A stretch of DNA of 32,000 nt from Candidatus Saccharimonadota bacterium. GTDB taxonomy: Bacteria > Patescibacteriota > Gracilibacteria > UBA4473. The stretch spans positions 300,001 to 332,000 of the forward strand of contig OY781871.1 in NCBI GenBank assembly GCA_963677105.1, written 5' to 3'. Under the pieces are notes generated by a model that was not told the DNA's origin, made no database searches, and was given only the letters and a program-made list of their open reading frames with translations. Made by a program: the position numbers and the translations under genes. Below are positions 16,045 to 24,512 of the stretch, piece by piece; within the stretch, counting starts at the first letter, position 1, and every line of letters begins with the position of its first letter.

Positions 16045-16064
16045 GTATAAGGTACAATTTTTGT

Positions 16065-17276
16065 ATGAAAATTGTCCCAAAAAATCTTGAAGAAATCAAC
16101 TTTAGAGCACTGAAACTCGAAATTTGGATTTGGATTATTGGAGGAATTTTTCTTTTTTCCCTCGCAAAATCATGGGATCTCAATATTTTTTCTTGGATTG
16201 ATACACACCTTCGTTCTGCAATATTAGATAAATGGATTGTTTTTGTCACAGAAAAAGGAATTTGGTGGATTTTAACAGGATTTGGAATAATTACTGCGTG
16301 GCGTGTATGGAAACATGAAAACCACAAATCGCGACTTCTCCCTGTTTGTTTTGCTGTTGCTACTGCTGCCATAATTTCTGCGGTTTTAAAGAGCTTATTC
16401 GACGTTCCACGTCCATTTATAGAACTCGGATTAAGTCCATTAGTAGAACAACGTATTTTTAATTCTTCTGGACTGCCTTCTCTTCACACTGCTGTTGCGT
16501 GTGCTGCACTCGTTCCTCTCTGGAGAATTAATAAATCACTCGGTATTAGTTGGGCATTATTTTCAATTTTTATTGGTTTTAGTCGTGTATATGAAAATGT
16601 ACATTGGCTTTCAGATATTGTAGGAGGATTTTTTATTGGAGGAACAATTGGCGTTATCGCCAGTAAACCAGAAACAGAACTCGCCCTGAAGATTGCGTGG
16701 AGAAAATTAGAATTTCGGCGTCAATCACTTCACTTTTTAGCCGGATTTCTAGCGGTATTTACGCATTGGATTGGAATTTTGCGACTTCGCGAAATCGCGG
16801 TATTACTCTTTATTGGATTATTAACTTGTTTGTTCACTGTCCGTGGAAATTTACCATGGATGGCTAATTTTCTTCGCCAATTTGATCGTCCACGTGCGTA
16901 TGATTTCCCAGGAAGTGGTCCTTTTTACTTTCTTCTCGGAACAGGAATAGTATTTCTCCTTTTCCCGGTAAAAATAGCGTATGCGGCTATTTTAATCCTT
17001 GCTGTGGGAGATTCTTTTAATCATTTATTCACAAAACGATTGCCCAAACAATTAAATCTTCCTTGGAATCGTAGAAAAAGCATTACTGGAGTTGCTCTTG
17101 GAATTATTCTTGGAACATTTGCCGCACAGTTTTTTGTTCCATTGTGGGCAGCATTTATTGCTTCTTGTATCGCAATTGGTCTGGAAACATATCCGTGGCG
17201 TCTCGGAAAATTTTTCATTGATGATAATATTGTCGTTCCAATCGCGGCAGGAAGTGTGTTGTTTTTACTCGCTTAA
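16065..17276 (+). CDS. Fusion membrane protein: N-terminal PAP2 lipid phosphatase + C-terminal dolichol/polyprenol-kinase-like (CTP-dependent) domain
   Basis: The PAP2 motifs are KSLFDVPRPF, SGLPSLH and SRVYENVHWLSDIVGG. The C-terminal half has ILAVGDSFNHLFTKRL...RKSITGVALGIILG...DDNIVVPI, like the DolK/phytol-kinase family. Start at ATG 16065, because the track start at 16020 overlaps tyrS. Confidence 0.7.
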   Translation: MKIVPKNLEEINFRALKLEIWIWIIGGIFLFSLAKSWDLNIFSWIDTHLRSAILDKWIVFVTEKGIWWILTGFGIITAWRVWKHENHKSRLLPVCFAVATAAIISAVLKSLFDVPRPFIELGLSPLVEQRIFNSSGLPSLHTAVACAALVPLWRINKSLGISWALFSIFIGFSRVYENVHWLSDIVGGFFIGGTIGVIASKPETELALKIAWRKLEFRRQSLHFLAGFLAVFTHWIGILRLREIAVLLFIGLLTCLFTVRGNLPWMANFLRQFDRPRAYDFPGSGPFYFLLGTGIVFLLFPVKIAYAAILILAVGDSFNHLFTKRLPKQLNLPWNRRKSITGVALGIILGTFAAQFFVPLWAAFIASCIAIGLETYPWRLGKFFIDDNIVVPIAAGSVLFLLA

Positions 17277-17339
17277 AACTACAAAAAAAGCACAAACATC
17301 ATTTGATCTTTGCACTTTGCTATTTATTGTTTGAAACTT

Positions 17340-17717
17340 CTATGAAACCTCACACAAAACCTCGCCTCCGATTTTTCGTGCTCGTGCTTCATATCCAGTC
17401 ATCACTCCCTGTGAAGTAGAAATAATAGAAACTCCATATCCGTTTTTAACTTTCCAAATAGAATCTGTTCCTGTGTAAATACGTTGTCCACATTTAGATA
17501 CACGTTTTAATTCTAATTTTTTCTCAGGAAGGGTCACAACTAAAACAGGAAATTTTCCGCTATCGTCTTTCTTTACTTCTACAAGAAATTTATTTTTTAA
17601 CATTACTTTCGCAATATCGTGTTTTACTCGAGAATACGGAAGCTCTATTTGCGTAAGACGCGCCATTTGGGCATTACGCATTCGAGTCAAGAAATCGGCG
17701 ATTGGATCTACTACCAT
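17340..17717 (-). CDS. rpsH: 30S ribosomal protein S8
   Basis: It begins MVVDPIADFLTRMRNAQMA and has the S8 C-terminus ...GYGVSIISTSQGVMT...ARKIGGEVLCEV. Confidence 0.96.
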   Translation of the reverse strand: MVVDPIADFLTRMRNAQMARLTQIELPYSRVKHDIAKVMLKNKFLVEVKKDDSGKFPVLVVTLPEKKLELKRVSKCGQRIYTGTDSIWKVKNGYGVSIISTSQGVMTGYEARARKIGGEVLCEVS

Positions 17718-17732
17718 AATGTTATAATTTTT

Positions 17733-17957
17733 TTACCAAGAAGATTTACGAACACCCGGAATTTGGGCTTTGTCTGCTAATTCACGAAAACAACATCTAC
17801 AAATACCAAAATCGCGCATATATCCATGTGGACGACCACATTTTTCACAGCGATTGTACGCACGAGTTCCCATGGCAATTTTTCGACCTTCTCTTTTTGC
17901 AAGAAGATATCTTTCCATGAATTTTCGTGATTTGTGAACGATTGCTTTACGTGCCAT
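17733..17957 (-). CDS. rpsZ: 30S ribosomal protein S14 type Z (zinc-binding), with internal insertion
   Basis: [39 protein letters not shown]. It is 74 aa, against about 61 aa typically. Confidence 0.93.
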   Translation of the reverse strand: MARKAIVHKSRKFMERYLLAKREGRKIAMGTRAYNRCEKCGRPHGYMRDFGICRCCFRELADKAQIPGVRKSSW

Positions 17958-18526
17958 TAGTCAGTTTTTTTAACAGTTTTTTTAAATGGGAAACCAAATT
18001 CCTCTAAAAGACGTTTGTTTTGTTCCACATTAGAAGTCTTAAATACAATAGTAATCTGAAGTCCAAAAATACGTCGAGAATCGTCTAAACGTGGTGCTTC
18101 GGGAAAAACCGTATGATCGTTCAAACCGAAAGAACAGTTTCCGTCTTTATCAAACGTATTTGCCGCTACTCCACGAAAATCTCGAACACGTGGATACACA
18201 ACATTAATCAATTTGTATAAGAAATTATACGCTGCTTCTTTTCTCAATGTCACAGACATTCCTACGGGCATTCCTTGACGAAGTTTAAAGTTCGATACAG
18301 ATACTTTTGCGTTTCTCACCACTGGAACCTGTCCTGTAATAAGTTTTACATTCTCTGTAACAAGTGAAAAATCTTTTGAACCAAGTTTCTGGAGATAAGA
18401 CCCCATTCCAACATTGATACAAATTTTTTCAATAGCAGGAACTTGCATTGGGTTTTTAATACCAAACTCCTTTTGAAGTTTTGCTCGAACCTTCCCCTGA
18501 TACTGTTCTAATAATAAAGATTTCAT
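17957..18526 (-). CDS. rplE: 50S ribosomal protein L5
   Basis: [38 protein letters not shown]...DFRGV...DGNCSFGL. Confidence 0.96.
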   Translation of the reverse strand: MKSLLLEQYQGKVRAKLQKEFGIKNPMQVPAIEKICINVGMGSYLQKLGSKDFSLVTENVKLITGQVPVVRNAKVSVSNFKLRQGMPVGMSVTLRKEAAYNFLYKLINVVYPRVRDFRGVAANTFDKDGNCSFGLNDHTVFPEAPRLDDSRRIFGLQITIVFKTSNVEQNKRLLEEFGFPFKKTVKKTD

Positions 18527-18888
18527 TTCTCAATTTTTTCAGAAGCGGCTTTCTTTGCCGTAGTTTTTTTTGCTTTTGCAACTCCCAAAATCACTTCACC
18601 TGATTTTTTAGCAATGCGATTTTTAGTCTTCCCTTCTACTTTATATCCAACCCGTGTAGCTTTTCCTAATTTTGGATCTGCAATTGCAATATTTGAAACG
18701 TGAATCGGGGCAAAAAACTCAACTCGTTCTCCACTTTGTCCTTCACGTCCTTTAACGTGTTTAATGTGTTTATTTACACCCTCAACAATAATACGATTTT
18801 CTGCTGCAATGATTTTTGTCACTGTCCCAGTTTTCCCTCGGTCAGCACCTGAAATCACGATTACGGAATCACCAATTCGAAATTTCAT
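18523..18888 (-). CDS. rplX: 50S ribosomal protein L24 with Lys/Ala-rich C-terminal tail
   Basis: MKFRIGDSVIVISGADRGKTGTVTKI is the KOW motif. The tail is [20 protein letters not shown]. Confidence 0.95.
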   Translation of the reverse strand: MKFRIGDSVIVISGADRGKTGTVTKIIAAENRIIVEGVNKHIKHVKGREGQSGERVEFFAPIHVSNIAIADPKLGKATRVGYKVEGKTKNRIAKKSGEVILGVAKAKKTTAKKAASEKIEK

Positions 18889-18889
18889 T

Positions 18890-19258
18890 TTATAATACTT
18901 CAGGAGCTAAAGAGATAATTTTTTGATAACCAGCTGCACGCAATTCACGAGCAATCGGACCAAATACACGCGTACCTTTGGGTTGACCTTCTGGATTAAT
19001 AAGAACCACTGCGTTCTCATCAAAACGAAGTACCGAACCATCTGGTCGTCGGATTGGAGAATTCTGTCGAACCACCACCGCACGTTGAATAGATTTTTTC
19101 TTAACAACACCTCGTGGCGCTGCATCTTTTACTGAAACAATAATAACATCTCCCACTTGTGCATAACGACGTTTTGATCCGCCTAACACTTTAATGCAAC
19201 ACACTTGTTTTGCACCAGTGTTATCTGCAACACGAAGCCAACTCATGTGTTGAATCAT
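18890..19258 (-). CDS. rplN: 50S ribosomal protein L14
   Basis: It begins [17 protein letters not shown]. The start at 19258 forms an ATGA overlap with the rpsQ stop. Confidence 0.96.
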   Translation of the reverse strand: MIQHMSWLRVADNTGAKQVCCIKVLGGSKRRYAQVGDVIIVSVKDAAPRGVVKKKSIQRAVVVRQNSPIRRPDGSVLRFDENAVVLINPEGQPKGTRVFGPIARELRAAGYQKIISLAPEVL

Positions 19259-19485
19259 TTCACTATTGATTGAAGTTCCCAATGTTTTCTCTTTGAAACA
19301 GGTCTACATTGTTGAATTAATACTAAATCGCCAACTTTAGCGACACTTTTTTCATCATGAACCAAAAACCCTTTTGTAATTCGGTACATTTTCTTGTATT
19401 TCGAATGTGCTCTACGTTCTATCACTTCTACACGGATAGTTTGTGTTCCTGACACTTTTGTTACCGTACCTTTTTTAGTAATCAT
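19255..19485 (-). CDS. rpsQ: 30S ribosomal protein S17
   Basis: [42 protein letters not shown]. Confidence 0.95.
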   Translation of the reverse strand: MITKKGTVTKVSGTQTIRVEVIERRAHSKYKKMYRITKGFLVHDEKSVAKVGDLVLIQQCRPVSKRKHWELQSIVK

Positions 19486-19688
19486 TTTTTTGTAATATCA
19501 GCAAGTTTTTGCTCGTGGAGCAATGTTTTAATTTGAGCAATTTGCTTTCGCATATTCTTCAATGCTGCAGAGTTTTGATTTTGCCCAGTAGTAAGACGAA
19601 AACGTGTCGTAGAAGCCTCTCGTTTTGTCTTTTTCAACAATTCAATGAGCTTTCCTGTTGTCATTTGTCGTAATTCTTGGATTTTCAT
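19482..19688 (-). CDS. rpmC: 50S ribosomal protein L29
   Basis: [36 protein letters not shown]. Position in the operon is also consistent. Confidence 0.92.
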   Translation of the reverse strand: MKIQELRQMTTGKLIELLKKTKREASTTRFRLTTGQNQNSAALKNMRKQIAQIKTLLHEQKLADITKK

Positions 19689-20104
19689 CAGATTTCGGTG
19701 GTAACAATTTTACACTTCACTGGCAATTTATATGTAGCCAATTTAAGAGCTTGTCTCATTAAGTCCATGTCTGCACCAGCCATTTCAAACAAAACTCTTC
19801 CTGGTTTTACCTGACTTACCCATTTATCGGGAGAACCTTTTCCAGATCCCATAGGAACCTCTGCTCCTTTCGCAGTAAGAACCTTATCTGGGAAAATTCG
19901 AATCCATACTTTTCCTCCACGCTTAACAGCTCGTGTAATCGTTCGACGTGCAGCCTCAATTTGTCGTGCTGAAATTTCTCCCGCAACAACTGTCTTGATA
20001 CCAATTTCTCCGAACGAAACAGCTGCTCCTCGTGTAGCAATCCCCTTGCTCTGAGAGCGAAGGCGGTGCTGTTTTCGATGTTTTACTCGTTTTGGTTGTA
20101 ACAT
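19688..20104 (-). CDS. rplP: 50S ribosomal protein L16
   Basis: [14 protein letters not shown]...[33 protein letters not shown]. Confidence 0.97.
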   Translation of the reverse strand: MLQPKRVKHRKQHRLRSQSKGIATRGAAVSFGEIGIKTVVAGEISARQIEAARRTITRAVKRGGKVWIRIFPDKVLTAKGAEVPMGSGKGSPDKWVSQVKPGRVLFEMAGADMDLMRQALKLATYKLPVKCKIVTTEI

Positions 20105-20129
20105 TTTCTAGTGCTCAAAAAGCTGTCGG

Positions 20130-20157
20130 ATTCTAGGCATTCAGTACCTCGTGTCAA
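20130..20157 (-). promoter_or_regulatory. Internal promoter in front of rplP (TTGACA-N16-TAGAAT)
   Basis: The minus strand has TTGACA (20157-20152), a 16-nt spacer and TAGAAT (20135-20130), 25 nt upstream of the rplP ATG. Confidence 0.65.
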
Positions 20158-20240
20158 GTTTTTTCTCTGTACTTTTTTATGTGTCAAATTTCACATAATT
20201 TCCCTTTTTATTTGTTTTGTAAAAAATAGAAAAAATATGA

Positions 20241-20269
20241 AAATAAAAAATCTCGCCAAAGCGAGATTT
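20241..20269 (-). terminator. Rho-independent terminator immediately after rpsC
   Basis: The minus strand has AAATCTCGC-tttg-GCGAGATTT followed by TTTTATTTT. The hairpin starts about 25 nt after the rpsC stop. Confidence 0.65.
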
Positions 20270-20294
20270 CTAATTTATTTTTCAGAAGAATAGA

Positions 20295-20942
20295 CTAGTT
20301 CAATTCTTGATTTTTGAACACTAAACCATGGTATACCCATACTTTAATTCCAATTGCTCCGTACATTGTTCGTGCTGTTGAAGTAGCATAATCAATATTT
20401 GCTCGAAGTGTGTGAAGTGGAACAGTTCCAAAAGTGTACATTTCGCTTCGTGCAATATCTACTCCATTTAAACGACCTCCAACTTTGATTTTTATTCCTT
20501 TCACTCCTGCTTCCTGAGCACGTTCTAATGCCATTTTACAAACTCGACGATAGGGAAATCGACGACCAACTTGTTCTGCAATATTGTCTGCAATTAATTG
20601 TGCGTTTGCATCGGGTTTTCGAATCTCTTGAACTTGTACAGAAATTGTATTGTCTCCATACTTCTCACGAAGTTCTTTTGATAAGTTTTCAATATTTTCT
20701 CCACTACGACCAATAATGATTCCTGGTTTTCCCGAATGAAGAATTACTGAAGTTTTCCCTCCTCCTCGCTTAATCTCTACTTTTGCAAGTGAAGCTTTTT
20801 CAAGTTTTTGGGTAAGATATTTACGAATCTTAATGTCTTGCATTAACTTGTTTTTGAAGTCCATACCGGTTGCAAACCAAGTAGAATCCCATTTTCGTGT
20901 GATTCCGATACGAATTGAATGCGGTGAAACTTTTTTTCCCAT
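20295..20942 (-). CDS. rpsC: 30S ribosomal protein S3
   Basis: MGKKVSPHSIRIGITRKWDSTWF, a KH domain, and ...GRLNGVDIARSE. Confidence 0.97.
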   Translation of the reverse strand: MGKKVSPHSIRIGITRKWDSTWFATGMDFKNKLMQDIKIRKYLTQKLEKASLAKVEIKRGGGKTSVILHSGKPGIIIGRSGENIENLSKELREKYGDNTISVQVQEIRKPDANAQLIADNIAEQVGRRFPYRRVCKMALERAQEAGVKGIKIKVGGRLNGVDIARSEMYTFGTVPLHTLRANIDYATSTARTMYGAIGIKVWVYHGLVFKNQELN

Positions 20943-20948
20943 AGAGAA

Positions 20949-21275
20949 TTATTTATCTGTAAGTTCAACTGTAATATGTGCAGTTGGTTTATGAATACGA
21001 AGTGCTCGTCCTCGTGTCGATGCAATAAAACGTTTATTGAACGCTCCACGATTAACAATTACTTGCTTAATGATTAAATCTTCTTGTTTTTTCCCATCAT
21101 TATGAACTGCATTTGCTGCTGCTGATGTTACCACCTTGAAAATCACTTTTGCAGATTTCTTTGGTGTAAATTTCAAAATATCAAGTGCTTCATTCACAGA
21201 TTTTCCACGAATAAGTCCTGCGACAATGTTCGCTTTTTTTGGTGAAATACGGATGCCGTTCAAATGTGATTTCAT
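20949..21275 (-). CDS. rplV: 50S ribosomal protein L22
   Basis: IRISPKKANIVAGLIRGKSVNEALDILKFTPKKSA. Confidence 0.95.
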   Translation of the reverse strand: MKSHLNGIRISPKKANIVAGLIRGKSVNEALDILKFTPKKSAKVIFKVVTSAAANAVHNDGKKQEDLIIKQVIVNRGAFNKRFIASTRGRALRIHKPTAHITVELTDK

Positions 21276-21289
21276 TATCTAGTCAATTT

Positions 21290-21556
21290 TTAGCGATCTT
21301 TTCCTCCGTGAGCACGGAATTTACGTGTTGGAGAAAATTCTCCTAATCGGTGCCCTACCATCGCTTCTGTACAGAACACTGATATAAACTCTTTACCATT
21401 GTGAACACCAAACGTGTGTCCAACAAACTCTGGTGAAATCACGCATGCACGTGACCAAGTCTTTATTACAGACTTTTTTCCAGAAGCGTCCATTACTTGT
21501 ATTTTTTTTACAAGGCGTGGATCAACATACGGTCCCTTTTTCGCTGAGCGAGTCAT
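21290..21556 (-). CDS. rpsS: 30S ribosomal protein S19
   Basis: [15 protein letters not shown]...[23 protein letters not shown]...[13 protein letters not shown]. Confidence 0.97.
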   Translation of the reverse strand: MTRSAKKGPYVDPRLVKKIQVMDASGKKSVIKTWSRACVISPEFVGHTFGVHNGKEFISVFCTEAMVGHRLGEFSPTRKFRAHGGKDR

Positions 21557-21567
21557 GGTAAATTAAA

Positions 21568-22410
21568 TTATTTCTTTTTTGCACGATGGCGAGATTTGAG
21601 AATATATTTCTCAGTATCTTTATTCGTTCTTGTTTTTACTCCAAGAGCATGTGCTCCCCATGGAGTTTTTGGATAAGCCATTCCAATTGGAGAAGCGGCT
21701 TCACCTCCACCATGTGGATGATCACATGGATTCATAACTTTACCACGAACTTGTGGTCTTCGTCCGCTGTGTCGTACTCGACCAGCTTTTCCTATTTTCA
21801 TCAAACTTCGTTCCTCGTTTCCAAGTGTACCAAGTGTTGCAAAACATGTTTTTCGCACCAAACGAATTTCTCCAGATGGAAGCTCTACTTGAGCCATTTC
21901 ATCATCAATAGAAATCAATCGAGCACTCTGTCCTGCTGCACGAATAAATTTTCCGCCAGCATTTTCTTGCACCTCAAGATTGTATAATTCAAATCCAATA
22001 GGAATATTTTTCAATTGAATACGATTTCCATTTGTAATTTTTGCTTTCAAATCACATACAACCTCATCTCCAACCGAACAACCTTTCCACATCAATACAT
22101 ATCTTTTTTCTCCATCTACGTAGTTTATTAATGCTACGTACACATTTCGATTTGGATCATACTCAATAGCTGCTACTTTCCCCGGAATTCCAAGTTTATC
22201 TGTTCGTTTAAAATCAACAGGTCGGTATCGTGCTCGAGTTCCTCCTCCTCTGTGACGAATTGATATTTTTCCATTATTCCGTCCAGTAATCTTTTTTCCT
22301 ACTTTTAACATAGATTTTACCGTCGGTTTTTTTGCTGTAAGCTCAACTCCGTCCAACACGCTCATGTCGCGTTGTCCGTTTGTCATCGGTTTCAAATGTC
22401 GAAGTCCCAT
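21568..22410 (-). CDS. rplB: 50S ribosomal protein L2
   Basis: ...RHRGGGTRARYRPVDFKR...VMNPCDHPHGGGEA... Confidence 0.97.
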   Translation of the reverse strand: MGLRHLKPMTNGQRDMSVLDGVELTAKKPTVKSMLKVGKKITGRNNGKISIRHRGGGTRARYRPVDFKRTDKLGIPGKVAAIEYDPNRNVYVALINYVDGEKRYVLMWKGCSVGDEVVCDLKAKITNGNRIQLKNIPIGFELYNLEVQENAGGKFIRAAGQSARLISIDDEMAQVELPSGEIRLVRKTCFATLGTLGNEERSLMKIGKAGRVRHSGRRPQVRGKVMNPCDHPHGGGEAASPIGMAYPKTPWGAHALGVKTRTNKDTEKYILKSRHRAKKK

Positions 22411-22703
22411 TATTTAATAGCGTTAAAATCCAACGTCTTTCCTTTTTGCAATGTAACAATTGCCTTTTTTGTTGGTCGACGACGAGTCATTTCTTTTCCT
22501 CGTCCAATAATACGTGTCTTCTTCGGAAGATTCACAATATTTACTGAATCGACCTCCGCTCCATAGAACTCTTTCAGTGCAGCTATAACATCTGGTTTTG
22601 ATGCTTTTCCATGGATAATGAAGGTATATTTACCACCTGTTTCCATGCCAACTGATTTCTCAGTCTGCACTGGTTTCACGAGAACGTCCTCGATACGAAT
22701 CAT
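22410..22703 (-). CDS. rplW: 50S ribosomal protein L23
   Basis: VLVKPVQTEKS...YTFIIHGKASKPDVIAALKEFYGAEVDSVNI. Position in the operon is also consistent. Confidence 0.93.
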   Translation of the reverse strand: MIRIEDVLVKPVQTEKSVGMETGGKYTFIIHGKASKPDVIAALKEFYGAEVDSVNIVNLPKKTRIIGRGKEMTRRRPTKKAIVTLQKGKTLDFNAIK

Positions 22704-23335
22704 TTTTTCTCAGACAAAAAAGTTTCTTCTAATTTTTTCATACCATCTGCAACAAAACAGACTTTGTGAGCATGAAGAACATCATATGGATTAAGATATG
22801 ATGCAAAAATCACTTTCACATTTGGTACATTTGCGGCTGATTTTTCAAATACTTCATTTCGTCCAGCCAAAACGAATAAGTAATTTTTTGATTCAGGTAA
22901 TTTAGACAAAAGCTCTACAAATTTCTTTGTCTTTGGAGCTTTTTCTGAAAATCCTTCAAGAGCAAGGATGTTTTTGTCTTTTGCTTGTGCTGAAAGAGAT
23001 GAGAACAACGCTGCTCGTCGTTCTTTCTTTGGCATCATTTTTGAAAAATTTCTATTGTTTCGTGGTCCATGAGTTACTCCTCCACCACGAACGATGTTCG
23101 TTGACAAAGCTCCTCGACGAGCATTTCCTGTTCCTTTTTGACGAAAAGCTTTTTTCGTCGTTGCAGAAACTTCTCCTCGAGTAAGTGTGTGAGCAATATT
23201 CAATCGGCGATTTGCCAATCTCATAACTACTGCCCGATGCATTAGATCAGGATTGATTTTTGCTTCGAAAAGAGTTTTGTTCAATGTAACATCTCCCTTT
23301 TTCGCGCCGGTTGCGTCATATAAATCAATTTTCAT
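22700..23335 (-). CDS. rplD: 50S ribosomal protein L4
   Basis: ...RQKGTGNARRGALSTNIVRGGGVTHGPR... Position in the operon is also consistent. Confidence 0.95.
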   Translation of the reverse strand: MKIDLYDATGAKKGDVTLNKTLFEAKINPDLMHRAVVMRLANRRLNIAHTLTRGEVSATTKKAFRQKGTGNARRGALSTNIVRGGGVTHGPRNNRNFSKMMPKKERRAALFSSLSAQAKDKNILALEGFSEKAPKTKKFVELLSKLPESKNYLFVLAGRNEVFEKSAANVPNVKVIFASYLNPYDVLHAHKVCFVADGMKKLEETFLSEKK

Positions 23336-23919
23336 TAGTTAGCGCGAATAAAAATATATGAATTCTTTGCTCCAGGAACGCCTCCGCGCACTGCAACTAA
23401 TTTATTCTCTTTATCAAGCTCTACAATTTCAGACCGAAATGTAACTTGTGCATTTCCGTATTGTCCAGGAAATTTCTTTCCTTTCAAGATTCGTCCTGGT
23501 TTTGCACACATTCCTGAAGAACCTGGTTCTCGGTGGTGACCAGAACCGTGTGTTTCTCGTCCACGTTGAAAGTTCCAACGTTTAATTACACCGGAAAATC
23601 CTCGTCCTTTTGAGGTTCCAGTTAATTTAATCTTTGTTACATCGTCTAAAAAATCTATAGATAATATATCTCCTTTTTTTACTTCTTCTCCCTCAAGTGG
23701 TAATTCTTGAATGAATTTAAATTTCTTGTTTTCGTTTTTTCCAAAATTCTTACGCTCAAATGCACCAAGAACTGCTGCAGAATATCCATCTGCTTCTTGA
23801 GTTTTCACTTGCAACACTGAACATTCAGGAACCAAGAGTAATGTCACAGGAGTCATTTTTCCAGTTTCCTGATTAATGACACGTGTCATACCGATTTTTT
23901 GAGCGAGAACACCTTTCAT
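23335..23919 (-). CDS. rplC: 50S ribosomal protein L3
   Basis: MKGVLAQKIGMTRV...SKGRGFSGVIKRWNFQRG..THGS..HREPGS. Confidence 0.96.
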   Translation of the reverse strand: MKGVLAQKIGMTRVINQETGKMTPVTLLLVPECSVLQVKTQEADGYSAAVLGAFERKNFGKNENKKFKFIQELPLEGEEVKKGDILSIDFLDDVTKIKLTGTSKGRGFSGVIKRWNFQRGRETHGSGHHREPGSSGMCAKPGRILKGKKFPGQYGNAQVTFRSEIVELDKENKLVAVRGGVPGAKNSYIFIRAN

Positions 23920-23921
23920 TT

Positions 23922-24344
23922 TCAGAGCATTTTAATTTCGACATCTACTCCACTTGGGAGAGATAAGTTTTGAAGCGATTCAATCGTCTTCGCTGTTGGC
24001 TCCTTAATGTCAATCAACCGTTTGTGGATTCGCATTTCGAATTGGTCTCGAGCATCCTTATTAACGAAGAATGAACGATTAACCGTGTATTTTTTAATTT
24101 TGGTTGGAAGTGGAACAGGTCCTGCGACCAATGATCCTCCTCGTTCCGCGGTTTCGTAGATTGACCGAGCAGCTTCGTCGATCACTGTATAATCAAATGA
24201 TTTCACAATGATTCGTACTAACTGTGGAGCAGCAACTTGTGATTTTTTAGCAGCGGTTTTCTTTGGTGCTTTTTCAGCTGTTTTAGGAGCTTTCGAAGCG
24301 GTTTTTTTCGCTGCGGCTGAAGTCGTTTTCTTTGCAGTTGCCAT
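23922..24344 (-). CDS. rpsJ: 30S ribosomal protein S10 with ~38-aa Lys/Ala-rich N-terminal extension
   Basis: The S10 core is VRIIVKSFDYTVIDEAARSIYETAERGGSLVAGPVPLPTK...RSFFVNKDARDQFEMRIHKRLIDI. It is preceded by MATAKKTTSAAAKKTASKAPKTAEKAPKKTAAKKSQ. Confidence 0.95.
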   Translation of the reverse strand: MATAKKTTSAAAKKTASKAPKTAEKAPKKTAAKKSQVAAPQLVRIIVKSFDYTVIDEAARSIYETAERGGSLVAGPVPLPTKIKKYTVNRSFFVNKDARDQFEMRIHKRLIDIKEPTAKTIESLQNLSLPSGVDVEIKML

Positions 24345-24371
24345 TCACTTTTGTGTCAAAAGAGCTCGCGG

Positions 24372-24399
24372 ATTCTAAGAGAAACGCCTTACATGTCAA
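24372..24399 (-). promoter_or_regulatory. Promoter of the rpsJ operon (TTGACA-N16-TAGAAT)
   Basis: The minus strand has TTGACA (24399-24394), a 16-nt spacer and TAGAAT (24377-24372), 27 nt before the rpsJ ATG. Confidence 0.65.
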
Positions 24400-24512
24400 A
24401 TCTTTTTTGAGAAAAATACATTCTGTTCTTTTCTACAATTTTATACATATATAAAGGAATCTACTCTTTTTTAGATTTAACCTCTTTGTTCTCTATTTAC
24501 GAACGTGTAAAT

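Noticed and set aside
16020-16064. N-terminal extension of the PAP2 fusion protein (track start at 16020)
   Set aside because: It would overlap the tyrS start region on the opposite strand and adds a Cys-rich peptide with no membrane or signal character. The ATG at 16065 is preferred.
20111-20293. 60-aa plus-strand ORF in the rpsC-rplP spacer
   Set aside because: The spacer is better explained by a minus-strand terminator and promoter. The ORF is an AT-rich Phe/Lys/Leu string on the wrong strand for the operon.
21586-21987. Long antisense ORFs inside conserved genes (e.g. 21586-21987 in rplB, 30732-31217 in aroC, 11716-12174 in the GT4 gene, 9767-10129 in the protease gene)
   Set aside because: Each is fully embedded opposite an unambiguous conserved CDS and has a compositionally odd peptide. 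These are typical shadow ORFs.
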